The notes below the pieces were generated by a model. That model ran no database searches, was not told where the DNA came from, and worked only from the letters and a program-made list of their open reading frames with translations. This document shows, one piece after another, positions 16,052-26,257 of a stretch of 32,000 nucleotides of DNA (positions are counted from its first letter, which is position 1; the number at the start of each line of letters is the position of its first letter). The translations under genes were made by a program, and so were the position numbers. The stretch is taken from NCBI GenBank assembly GCA_030549845.1, contig JAUQQN010000002.1, forward strand, positions 30,001 through 62,000, in the 5' to 3' direction. This stretch comes from Patescibacteria group bacterium. Lineage in GTDB: Bacteria; Patescibacteriota; Minisyncoccia; UBA6257; HR35.

Positions 16052-16522
16052 ATGGATCTTATTAAATTTCCTGAATTTAATCATATTTTAAGAAAAAAAA
16101 CAAGAAAAGTTGAGTTTTTCGATAAAGAGATAAAAAAAATTGTAAACGAGATGAAAAAAATTTTAACAAAATATAATGGGGTTGGGTTGGCTGCGAATCA
16201 AATAGGTATTGATTTATCAATATTTATTGCAAAGCCTAAAAACAAATTTTATGTTTTTATAAATCCTGAGATTATAGAGGGTAAAAAAGAAACCGTAAAA
16301 GAAGAAGGTTGCTTAAGTATAGAAAATAAATGGGGCTTAGTCAAAAGATTTGAAGAAGTTAAGATAAAATATCAAGACATAAAAGGCAAAACTAGAACTT
16401 TAAAAGCAAAGGGCTTATTAGCTCATATCATTCAACATGAAATAGATCACTTGAATGGCGTCTTATTTATAGACAAAGCATTAGAAATTTACGAAATAGA
16501 AAGCAATGACAAAAAGACTTAA
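16052..16522 (+). CDS. def: Peptide deformylase
   Basis: All three signature motifs are present: GVGLAANQIG, EGCLS and HEIDHLNG. Confidence 0.92.
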   Translation: MDLIKFPEFNHILRKKTRKVEFFDKEIKKIVNEMKKILTKYNGVGLAANQIGIDLSIFIAKPKNKFYVFINPEIIEGKKETVKEEGCLSIENKWGLVKRFEEVKIKYQDIKGKTRTLKAKGLLAHIIQHEIDHLNGVLFIDKALEIYEIESNDKKT

Positions 16523-17471
16523 TTTTTGTTTTTTTGGCTCTTCTGATTTTTCAGTACCAGTTTTGAGAAATATTTTAAAAAAATATAAACCTGAGGTTGT
16601 TTTTACATTGCCCGCAAAACCAAAAGGAAGAGGCCAAAAGCTAGAACCTAATATAGTTTATTCGTTTGCATTAAAAAATAAATTACCTGTTTTAGAAATA
16701 GAAAATTTTGAAAATTTTAATTTTAAATTTAAATTTGGTGTAATAGCTGGATTTAGTAAGATAATTCCTAAAGAAATATTTCAAAATTTTGAAAAAGGTA
16801 TTTTAAACATTCATCCATCCTTACTTCCGAAATATAGAGGCCCAAATCCAATAAGAGAAACAATTTTAAATGGTGATAAAGAAACTGGAGTTACGATTAT
16901 TTTAATTGATGAATTAATTGATCATGGTCCAATAATTGCTCAAAAGAAAATTTTTCTTACTCAAAAAGAAACTTATAAGGAATTAGAAGAAAGATTAGGA
17001 ATTTTAGGTGGTCAACTTTTTAATGAAATTATAGAAAAATATTTAGAAGGAAAAATAAATCCTATATTTCAAGACGATTCTTTGGCAACTTATACAAAAA
17101 AATTAAGTAAAGAAGATGGCCTTTTAAGATTAGAAGAAAATTATGAAATATGGGATAGAAAAATAAGAGCTTTAAATCCTTGGCCTGGGACATATATATT
17201 TATCAAATTGAAAAATGAGATTAAAATATTAAAAATTTTTTCAATAAGAAAATTAAAGGAAGGAGATATAAAAAAGGATCTTGCTAATAAATTAAAAATA
17301 GGTGAATTTTTTGCTTGGAAGAATAGTTTATGTTTGAAAATTTGTGATGGTTATGTATTAATCGAAGAATTACAATTACAAGATAGAAAAAAAATGAATT
17401 CTAGAGAATTCTTAAATGGATATCCAATTGGTTCTTTTTCATTTTATGAATTCAACTCAAATACAAAATAA
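16506..17471 (+). CDS. fmt: Methionyl-tRNA formyltransferase
   Basis: It has the formyltransferase core (NIHPSLLPKYRGPNPI, ETGVTII) and the C-terminal tRNA-binding domain. It is in the conserved def-fmt pair, with a 17-nt overlap. Confidence 0.9.
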   Translation: MTKRLNFCFFGSSDFSVPVLRNILKKYKPEVVFTLPAKPKGRGQKLEPNIVYSFALKNKLPVLEIENFENFNFKFKFGVIAGFSKIIPKEIFQNFEKGILNIHPSLLPKYRGPNPIRETILNGDKETGVTIILIDELIDHGPIIAQKKIFLTQKETYKELEERLGILGGQLFNEIIEKYLEGKINPIFQDDSLATYTKKLSKEDGLLRLEENYEIWDRKIRALNPWPGTYIFIKLKNEIKILKIFSIRKLKEGDIKKDLANKLKIGEFFAWKNSLCLKICDGYVLIEELQLQDRKKMNSREFLNGYPIGSFSFYEFNSNTK

Positions 17472-17908
17472 CTTGCTATAATTGCAAAAGAATTTGCTAC
17501 ATTTAAAGACTCCTTTATATTGCCAAGCTTAGGTATTTCTAATATAAAATCACATAACTTCAAATATTTATTAGGAATTCCTGTTATTTCATTACCTAAA
17601 ATTAAAGCAACTTTTTTGAATTTTTTCTTAAATCTAAAATAGGGTAAAGATTTTTTCGATTGCTCAATAGCTATTATATAGAATTTTTCTTTTTTTAGAT
17701 TCTTTATTGAATTTTTTAAGCTAAAACTTCTCTCGATAATTAAATTTTTTTCTGCTCCTAAAGATGTTTTTACAACTTCTTTATGAGGAGGTAATGGGGT
17801 GATTCCTATTCCTATTAACTTTTTTATGCCTAGAAACTCCGCTGTTCTTAAAATATTTCCAACATTAAAACCTGATCTTATATTATATAGAATAACAACA
17901 ATTTCCAT
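17444..17908 (-). CDS. SpoU/TrmH-family RNA 2'-O-methyltransferase
   Basis: The SPOUT motifs are NVGNILRTAEFLG, LILGNEITGI and IPKLGNIKESLNVANSFAI. It overlaps the fmt 3' end convergently by 28 nt. Confidence 0.8.
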   Translation of the reverse strand: MEIVVILYNIRSGFNVGNILRTAEFLGIKKLIGIGITPLPPHKEVVKTSLGAEKNLIIERSFSLKNSIKNLKKEKFYIIAIEQSKKSLPYFRFKKKFKKVALILGNEITGIPNKYLKLCDFILEIPKLGNIKESLNVANSFAIIASYFVFELNS

Positions 17909-17915
17909 AAGATTA

Positions 17916-18527
17916 TTACTGATAAAATCCTGATGTAGTTGCTGGTAGTATAGTTTTATCAGATCCTACTTCTAATAAACCTGGGGCATCTCCTCCGTCA
18001 TTAGCTGCCAAATCTGACATTACTTCTAATCTGGCATTTAACTCATAAGCAAAATTATTTTTCTCACATGCATATGTATAATAATAGTGTGAAGAAGTAC
18101 TATTTCTAGGATCAAGGGGTAATTGGCTTAGCTGTACCATCTTACTTTGTGTAAAATTAATAGGCAACCATCCAGTTCCATCTACCTTTGTTGATGTATT
18201 TCCTGTAGCTACTGCATTAATACCACCTAAGTTTAAGGTAGCGTTCATTGGTACTGAATAATATACTGTAAAAGAAGCTGTACCATTACGACATCTTTCA
18301 TTATTTGACCCTGCTAAAGTAATAGAACCAGCAGACTGGGCAAATTCAGTTAAATATACATCTATAGCTCTTGATAGATTATTTAAATCAGACGATCTTT
18401 GAGTATCTCTTAATCTTGCAAAAATTTGTTGAGGTTTTACAACTGCTATTAAAATTCCTACTAAAGCTGCTATTATAGCTAATACGACTATTAACTCAAC
18501 TAAGGTGAATCCGTATTTTTTATTCAT
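17916..18527 (-). CDS. Type IV pilin / pseudopilin with prepilin N-terminal cleavage-methylation signal
   Basis: The class III signal peptide is MNKKYG|FTLVELIVVLAIIAALVGILIAV (Gly-1, Phe+1, Glu+5). The globular domain has two Cys and several N-x-S/T sites. Confidence 0.82.
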   Translation of the reverse strand: MNKKYGFTLVELIVVLAIIAALVGILIAVVKPQQIFARLRDTQRSSDLNNLSRAIDVYLTEFAQSAGSITLAGSNNERCRNGTASFTVYYSVPMNATLNLGGINAVATGNTSTKVDGTGWLPINFTQSKMVQLSQLPLDPRNSTSSHYYYTYACEKNNFAYELNARLEVMSDLAANDGGDAPGLLEVGSDKTILPATTSGFYQ

Positions 18528-18611
18528 TTTTGAAAAATTAATTTTTTGAATTAATTCGGCCCTTTAATTTAACTAGTTTAATAATAAAATTTTAAAAAAA
18601 AATTTTAAAAA

Positions 18612-18998
18612 TCAATAAGAAATTGTGGATAATTGAAAGCTTGAAAATTCTTTAATTTTCCTAATTAATTCTTCTAGGGATAAGCTTGCTTTTACTAAAA
18701 ATTCTTTTGCTCCTAGTTTTTTACCTCTTTCAATATCTTCTTGTTGTCCTAAATTTGAAATTATAATAACAGGAATTTTCCTTAGATTTTCATCTTTATT
18801 AATCTCTTCAAGCACACTAAAACCGCTTTTTTTAGGCAAAATAATATCCAATAAAATCAAATCAGGCCTTTCTTTAACTATTTTATCTACAGCAGTTTCA
18901 CCATCTTCTGCTGTAATAACTTCAAAATTTTCTCTTTGTAAGTGTTTTTCTAAAAGAGTTTTTAAAAATTTATCATCTTCTACAATTAAAACTTTCAT
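18612..18998 (-). CDS. Single-domain response regulator (CheY-like receiver)
   Basis: The motifs are VLIVEDD, the phospho-acceptor context DLILLDIILPKKSG, PVIIISN and KLGAKEFLVK. There is no output domain. Confidence 0.85.
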   Translation of the reverse strand: MKVLIVEDDKFLKTLLEKHLQRENFEVITAEDGETAVDKIVKERPDLILLDIILPKKSGFSVLEEINKDENLRKIPVIIISNLGQQEDIERGKKLGAKEFLVKASLSLEELIRKIKEFSSFQLSTISY

Positions 18999-19022
18999 TT
19001 TTGTACTACATATGAAAAAGAC

Positions 19023-19044
19023 CCTTAATTACCTAGGCTGAGCT
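19023..19044 (-). other. 3' arm of the pre-16S processing stem
   Basis: The plus strand CCTTAATTACCTAGGCTGAGCT is the reverse complement of 20596-20618, apart from one extra A there. This gives a 22-bp helix that encloses the 16S, as in RNase III processing stems. Confidence 0.7.
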
Positions 19045-19071
19045 CAGCTAAAAACTAACAAAAGGCTTATA

Positions 19072-20595
<1,524 letters not shown>

Positions 20596-20596
<1 letters not shown>

Positions 20597-20618
20597 GCTC
20601 AGCCTAGGTAATTAAAGG
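20596..20618 (-). other. 5' arm of the pre-16S processing stem
   Basis: The plus strand AGCTCAGCCTAGGTAATTAAAGG pairs with 19023-19044 in the transcript. Confidence 0.7.
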
Positions 20619-20677
20619 CCTTTCAATTGAAGAGTACATTAAAAACTTCATTTACTTCATTTCTATTTGATACTTAA

Positions 20678-20706
20678 ATTATAATAAAATTTGGCTCAAA
20701 TTTCAA
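20678..20706 (-). promoter_or_regulatory. Near-consensus promoter for the 16S rRNA (TTGAAA-17 nt-TATAAT)
   Basis: On the minus strand TTGAAA is the reverse complement of 20701-20706 and TATAAT is the reverse complement of 20678-20683, with a 17-nt spacer. It lies about 75 nt upstream of the 16S 5' end and about 55 nt upstream of the processing stem. Confidence 0.55.
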
Positions 20707-20715
20707 CAATATTTT

Positions 20716-21369
20716 TTAACTATTAGATTCAATTTTCTCTAATATCTCTTTTCTTTCTGGTAAAAATGTTGAATAAACAATTTCTCCCTTTTCATAAATT
20801 CTTATAATGCTGTTTTCTTCTGAAACTGTATAAACAGTAGTTTCATCTAAAATTGTCGATGTAGTAATGGCAATAATGTGTCTTGTATGAACCTTTGACT
20901 TAAAACCAAATGCATCAGATAGATCGCTACCTTTCTTGTGCAATTTTTCTAAAGCTTTTAGTGGGTTTAAATTGATTAGATATGCACCACTTGCTAATAT
21001 TTTACCATCTTTATTTATTAAAATAGCCCCATCAAATTCTCGTAATTCTGTAAAAATTTTTATAGCCTTTTTTAAAGAAACATTTCCTAAGTTATAGTCT
21101 TTGGTCTCAAATAAATTTTGTGTTTCATCCAAGATTGAAGCATATATTTTGTTCCACTCTCTTTTCCATCCATATACTATTAGCATTCCGAATTCTATTT
21201 TTGCTCTTTTTACTAAATTTTTAAGAATTTCTAATATCTTTAACTTAATTTCAGGATTTAAATCATTATTTTTCTTTTCTATAAAATATCGTATTATTTT
21301 TTCTTCATCATACTCCCTTTTCTTTATTAGATTTTTGAATACGGTTAGAGTTTTTGGTAGTGTTTTCAT
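20716..21369 (-). CDS. DAC (DisA_N) domain protein, putative diadenylate cyclase
   Basis: The C-terminal half carries FDGAILINKDGKILASGAYL (compare canonical HDGAVII...) and HTRHIIAITTSTILDETTVYTVSEENSIIRIY (compare GTRHRAA...VVSEETG). The N-terminal 100 aa or so are K/E-rich, and I found no TM helix. Confidence 0.55.
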   Translation of the reverse strand: MKTLPKTLTVFKNLIKKREYDEEKIIRYFIEKKNNDLNPEIKLKILEILKNLVKRAKIEFGMLIVYGWKREWNKIYASILDETQNLFETKDYNLGNVSLKKAIKIFTELREFDGAILINKDGKILASGAYLINLNPLKALEKLHKKGSDLSDAFGFKSKVHTRHIIAITTSTILDETTVYTVSEENSIIRIYEKGEIVYSTFLPERKEILEKIESNS

Positions 21370-22732
21370 TTTTAGAATTTGATATTAATTCTAAAACAAC
21401 CTCTTTTTCATTCCATGGAATTGACCCGTATTTTGTCTCGATTGTTGGTTCGCTTCCTTTTCCTATTAATACAATTATATCATTTTTTTGAGCTTTTGAT
21501 ATCAAATATTTTATAGCCTCTTTTCTATCTTCAATAATGGTATATGGTTTTTGAAATTCATATTCATTTAAGTAAGCTTTTATGCCAAATTCTATTTCTT
21601 TCATTATTTGCATTGGATCTTCATCAAATGGGTCTTCATTTGTTATCACAATCTCGCTACAATATTTTGCAGCTATTTTGCCTATTTCAGGTCTTTTCCA
21701 TTTATCTCTATGTCCACCAGCAGAGCCTACTAAACAAAGTAATCGCCTAGGCTTAAAAATATCTAACACATTTATATAAAGTTCTTCTATAGAATTTGGT
21801 GTATGAGCGTAGTCTATGATTACCTTAAAGTTTTTTGTTTGAATAACTTCAAAATGACCTGGCAGAGGATCTATTTCTTTCAAAATTTCTTTTGCTGATT
21901 TTATAGGAATATCTAAGGCTTTTAATACAGAAAGAGCTGCTAAAATATTATACAAATTTTGCTTTCCCCAAAGTTTTGTAAAAAATTTATCTTCACTTGA
22001 AGAAGATTCATTTAAAGTAAAATACGTTCCTTTTTGGGTAAGTTTGTATTTTATAACTTGTAAATGATTTGGGGAAAGAGGATTCCCTTCTAAACCAAAT
22101 GTTATTTTTCTTTCAGCAGGAAAACTCAAAAAATAATCTGCATAAAAATCATCAATATTTGCAATTATTGTTTTTTTGACTAATTTACCTCTAAATTTTT
22201 TAACAGTACCTTTTAAAAGCCCTTGAAAAAGTTTTCCTTTGTCTTTCTTATAATTTTCGAAGCTACCATGGTGTTCAATATGTTCTGGATGAATATTTAA
22301 AAAAATACAAATATCAAAATCTATGAATTTATGCCTATTCTGCATAAGCCCTTCTGACGTTGCTTCTATCACTGCAATCTCACATTTTTCTTCAACAGCT
22401 TTATTTAAAAATTCTTGCAAAAACCATCTTCCAGGCATGGTTATTCTTGATTTATTTTCCTCCATCTTCTCATTTATATAAAAATATTGCGATGAGGAAA
22501 GAGCAGTTTTTATCCCTAAGCTTGATAAAATTTTATAAATAAGATAACACGTTGTAGTTTTACCTTTTGTCCCTGTAACTCCTATTACGACTATTTTTTT
22601 TGAGGGGAATTTATAGAATATAGCTCCAGATAAAGCCCAAAGATAGTGATAAAGATTTATCAAAAACTTAGGAATGAACTTTCTGATTATTTTTTTAAAA
22701 TCTTTTAGCTTTTCTTTTAAATTATTAAGCAT
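21308..22732 (-). CDS. murE: Mur ligase: UDP-MurNAc-L-Ala-D-Glu--(DAP or Lys) ligase
   Basis: The motifs are VIGVTGTKGKTTT, EATSEGL, NIHPEHIEHHGSFENYKKDKGKLF, IIDYAHTPNSI and GSAGGHRDKWKRPEIG. Confidence 0.82.
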   Translation of the reverse strand: MLNNLKEKLKDFKKIIRKFIPKFLINLYHYLWALSGAIFYKFPSKKIVVIGVTGTKGKTTTCYLIYKILSSLGIKTALSSSQYFYINEKMEENKSRITMPGRWFLQEFLNKAVEEKCEIAVIEATSEGLMQNRHKFIDFDICIFLNIHPEHIEHHGSFENYKKDKGKLFQGLLKGTVKKFRGKLVKKTIIANIDDFYADYFLSFPAERKITFGLEGNPLSPNHLQVIKYKLTQKGTYFTLNESSSSEDKFFTKLWGKQNLYNILAALSVLKALDIPIKSAKEILKEIDPLPGHFEVIQTKNFKVIIDYAHTPNSIEELYINVLDIFKPRRLLCLVGSAGGHRDKWKRPEIGKIAAKYCSEIVITNEDPFDEDPMQIMKEIEFGIKAYLNEYEFQKPYTIIEDRKEAIKYLISKAQKNDIIVLIGKGSEPTIETKYGSIPWNEKEVVLELISNSKNENTTKNSNRIQKSNKEKGV

Positions 22733-22824
22733 ATTTTGATACTATCTCTTTAATTTTCTTTTCTATTTCTTCTTCTGGAATTAATTCTTTTCTCAAAATA
22801 CTCTTAAGCTCTCTTATATACTTC

Positions 22825-23760
22825 CTAATGCTCTTTGGCAATTTCTTCTTTAATCTTTTCTCTGATAATTTTTCTAATTGTTGAATATTCTCCTGCTCCA
22901 TTTTTGGGTATTAAACCATAAGCAAAATCTTTGTGGTTGTTAATTTTAATTTCAAAATTCCCATCTTGCCATATATTTTTGTCATAACCAACTAATATTT
23001 CTTTAAAATTTTTATTTGGTATTTTGCCAACAATTCCTAAAAGTTTTATTATTTCTCCATAACTCAAGTTTGTTTCATAATGATTTTTTAATCCAATAAC
23101 AAAATTTACAAGACTCAACAATTTCTCTACGGGCTCCTTTGATAATTGTTCTTTTAGTGATTTAATAATTATAAATTGATTTTTCATTCGAGTAAAGTCT
23201 CCATCAGGATAGTACCTTGATCTTACAACAAATTCAACCCATTCACCACTTAAAACATGAAGTCCAGGTTTTAATGTGTAGCCAGAAACAGCATCGGTTA
23301 CAGGGTATATTAAGTTTACTTTCAATCCTCCAATTTGGTTTACAACAGATTTTATGAGATAACTATCAATTACAATATATTTTTTAATTTTTAAGCCAGT
23401 TATTAAAGAAACTTCCCTTAATAGCTCTTCTTTTTTATTTAAGCCCCACAAAGAATTGATTTTATAAAAATCTCCATTAATATTTACAAGTAAATCTCTA
23501 GGTATATGAATTATAAATAAATGATCTTCCTTCAAATAAACAACGAAAATTGCATCTGTATTTTCTGCTCCATAATGGTAACCTCCCATTTTCCCCAAAA
23601 ACAAAATAGCCTCTTCTTTGTATAATGACTCTTCTATTTTTTCTTTTAATTCTTTTATAAAAATGATTTTTCTATCTGAAAAAACTAAATCAAAAATCAA
23701 TAGAGAGATTATTGTTAAAAATATAAAAATTGCTAATATTTTTAAATCCACTTTTGTCAT
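22825..23760 (-). CDS. LytR-CpsA-Psr (LCP) family cell-envelope phosphotransferase
   Basis: It has an N-terminal TM anchor. The LCP core follows: NTDAIFVVYL ... IIHIPRDLLVNI ... KINSLW ... GLKIKKYIVIDSYLIKSVVNQIGGLKVN ... LSGEWVEFVVRSRY ... DFTRMKNQ. Confidence 0.75.
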   Translation of the reverse strand: MTKVDLKILAIFIFLTIISLLIFDLVFSDRKIIFIKELKEKIEESLYKEEAILFLGKMGGYHYGAENTDAIFVVYLKEDHLFIIHIPRDLLVNINGDFYKINSLWGLNKKEELLREVSLITGLKIKKYIVIDSYLIKSVVNQIGGLKVNLIYPVTDAVSGYTLKPGLHVLSGEWVEFVVRSRYYPDGDFTRMKNQFIIIKSLKEQLSKEPVEKLLSLVNFVIGLKNHYETNLSYGEIIKLLGIVGKIPNKNFKEILVGYDKNIWQDGNFEIKINNHKDFAYGLIPKNGAGEYSTIRKIIREKIKEEIAKEH

Positions 23761-23770
23761 TTGGTTTCAT

Positions 23771-26257
23771 TCAAAATGGCTTGAAGGAAAAATTTCCTTC
23801 AAAGTCTACTAATATTTTATTTCTATTTTGGATTTCTTCTTTTAAAAGCATGTCTGAAAGCGGACCCATAATCTCTCTTTCTATTGTTCTTTTTACTTCT
23901 CTTGCTCCATATATAGGGCTAAATCCTAATTCTATAATCCTTTCTTTTGCCTTTTCTGTAAGCTCTATAGTAATGCCAAATTTTTGAAGCAATAATCCAT
24001 TTAAATCTCTTATCATCATATCTATAATTTTAGAAACATCTTCCTTATTTAATGTCCTAAATATAACAATTTGTGAAAATCTATTTAAAAGCTCTATCCT
24101 AAAAACTTCCGTAAGTTTATCTCTTAAAATAGGAGCAATTGCTTCGATACTTTTACCTTTTTCTATTTCTTCTTTTATAAAATCAGATAAGGCATTAGAG
24201 GTGCATATTATTATTGTATTTGAAAAATCAACTAGTCTTCCAAAGCCATCTTTTATATATCCCTCATCAAAAATTGGCAAAAATATGTTTAAAACCTCAA
24301 AATGGGCCTTTTCAAATTCATCCAATAATATTAAAGAATAAGGCTTTCTTAAAACTTCTTCTGTTAATAATCCAGCAATTTTTTTCTCTTCATTTCCGAT
24401 TAATTTTTCTACATCTTCTGGTTTTTGAAATTCTACCATATCTAATCTTATAATCTGATCCTCCCCTCCAAAATAAATTTTCGCTAACGTTTTTGCAAGT
24501 TCAGTTTTCCCTACTCCTGTAGGCCCAATAAATAAAAATACTGCTATAGGACCCTTTTTTTCTATCCCCGCTCTATACATTCTCAATGTTCTCGCTACTT
24601 CCTTTACTGCAAATTCTTGATTCACTAGTCTCTGATGGATTATTTCTTCTAAATTCTGTAAAATATATTTCTCTGTTTCAACTGGTGCTTTTACGGGAAT
24701 TCCCGTAATTTTTGTGAATACATCACCAATCATTTCTGGCAAAATTGTTTTTTCATTTATCGATTTAGCAAAGCCTATTGCTTCTACCAAAAGATCCCGA
24801 GCAGATCCTGGTAATGGTTTATGAATTAAAAATTTTTTAGCTAAAATCACAGCCTTTGATATAGCTTGTGGAGATATTATAACTTTATATTCATTTTCCC
24901 AAATAACAGCTTCTAAGGTTAAAAGTGTTATTGCTTCTTCGATAGAAAGTTCTTCAACCTCTATAATTTCAAATATATTACCAAAATTATAAATTCCTTC
25001 TAATTTAGAAAAGCCTTCTTTTGTAATTGTAGCTATTAAATTTAAATTCGATACTTTCATATATTTGACAATAAGTGGCCAACAAGCAGAAAGTTCTGGT
25101 ATAAAAAATATATTATGAATTTCAGGTATATATAGAATAACATTTCTTGCAATAATTGCTTCGTTTAAAATAGATTGAAAATTAGTTAAAAATTCTTGAG
25201 GCTCAAGAGCAAATATATCTTGTATGTTTATCTGGATCAATCTATAATCATAAAATTTTTCTGGAACCTGATCTTTTGTAATTAAATATGCTAAATGCCA
25301 TATGATTGCATTTCTTCCTACCCCCTCTTTTCCAACAAAAAGAAAGTTTATATTATTTACTGCTTCTAATAAGGAGATTACCCTTTCAACTTCTTTTTTG
25401 TGACCTACCAAAAAACCTAATTCGCCAATTTCTGCTAAATAAGTTAAATCTATGCCTAATTTATCTAATATTGGTGTTGGGGATGAAGTCCAAGTTCTAT
25501 TAAGCCATCTTCTTCTGAATATTGGTTTTAAAAATAAAGAATGTGGTTGTAATTTTCTTCTTTTTATAAACAATTTTTTGTAATATTCTAAAACTAAAGC
25601 AGGTCTTAAGACTTCTGGAATTAATTTATATTTATTTAAAATCTCTAAGACAATAGGATTACCTTTTTCTGATAATGCTAAAAATACTGAACTAAATGTT
25701 ATTTTTTCTAAATTAAATTCTTTTGCAATTTCATAAGCCCTTATAAAAATTGTTTCTAGGTTGTTTTGAATAATTTTTAAAGGTTTTAGCTCTAAATCTA
25801 ATTTTTGTAAAGTATCAGGTTCTGAAAGGTTTTTTCGTATTTCTTCTTTTAAATTTTTCAAATCAATATTTAACCTAACTAATATATCTTTTATTTCTGG
25901 AATATCTAACAGTTTTAAAAGAAGTACTAATTGAGTTTTACTATATAGCCTTAGAATTTCGATATTTTTTACAATATCAAAAATGAAAATTTTAAAAGAT
26001 TTATCCATAAAATCTGCTACATTTTCTGATTTTTCATATTTAATGTTTTTAGGAGATTTGTTCTTGAAAAATAAAAAATTAGATAAATAAATTAGAATAA
26101 ACCAAAAGCCTATTAATTTAAAAACAGGAATTTTTACAGTTATAAAAGATAAACCTAAAACAAAAAGAAAAATTTTAAAACCTATATAAAGAAATTTATA
26201 AAAAAATTTAAAAGGAAGTGGAATTTTTACCAACTCTAACTCAAAATATTTTACCAT
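23771..26257 (-). CDS. Membrane-anchored Clp/Hsp100-type double-AAA+ protein with degenerate NBD1 and intact NBD2
   Basis: The N-terminus has 2-3 hydrophobic helices, followed by a Clp_N-like repeat. In NBD1 the Walker A is GKEGVGRN (canonical GxPGVGKT) and the Walker B is ILYIPEIH (canonical ILFIDEIH). The LPGSARDLLVEA linker follows. NBD2 is intact: GPTGVGKTELAKTLA, LILLDEFEKAH, IIICTSN, FRIELLNRFSQIVIFRTL. No long coiled-coil M-domain is apparent. Confidence 0.8.
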   Translation of the reverse strand: MVKYFELELVKIPLPFKFFYKFLYIGFKIFLFVLGLSFITVKIPVFKLIGFWFILIYLSNFLFFKNKSPKNIKYEKSENVADFMDKSFKIFIFDIVKNIEILRLYSKTQLVLLLKLLDIPEIKDILVRLNIDLKNLKEEIRKNLSEPDTLQKLDLELKPLKIIQNNLETIFIRAYEIAKEFNLEKITFSSVFLALSEKGNPIVLEILNKYKLIPEVLRPALVLEYYKKLFIKRRKLQPHSLFLKPIFRRRWLNRTWTSSPTPILDKLGIDLTYLAEIGELGFLVGHKKEVERVISLLEAVNNINFLFVGKEGVGRNAIIWHLAYLITKDQVPEKFYDYRLIQINIQDIFALEPQEFLTNFQSILNEAIIARNVILYIPEIHNIFFIPELSACWPLIVKYMKVSNLNLIATITKEGFSKLEGIYNFGNIFEIIEVEELSIEEAITLLTLEAVIWENEYKVIISPQAISKAVILAKKFLIHKPLPGSARDLLVEAIGFAKSINEKTILPEMIGDVFTKITGIPVKAPVETEKYILQNLEEIIHQRLVNQEFAVKEVARTLRMYRAGIEKKGPIAVFLFIGPTGVGKTELAKTLAKIYFGGEDQIIRLDMVEFQKPEDVEKLIGNEEKKIAGLLTEEVLRKPYSLILLDEFEKAHFEVLNIFLPIFDEGYIKDGFGRLVDFSNTIIICTSNALSDFIKEEIEKGKSIEAIAPILRDKLTEVFRIELLNRFSQIVIFRTLNKEDVSKIIDMMIRDLNGLLLQKFGITIELTEKAKERIIELGFSPIYGAREVKRTIEREIMGPLSDMLLKEEIQNRNKILVDFEGNFSFKPF

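Noticed and set aside
22733-22824. Possible small ORF in the 92-nt LCP-murE gap, reading ...RKYIRELKSILRKELIPEEEIEKKIKEIVSKYA in the +1 frame relative to LCP
   Set aside because: It has no ATG. Any start would have to lie inside the LCP 3' end or use ATT/TTG. K/E/I-rich 'peptides' arise easily from this base composition. I cannot distinguish it from noise without comparative data.
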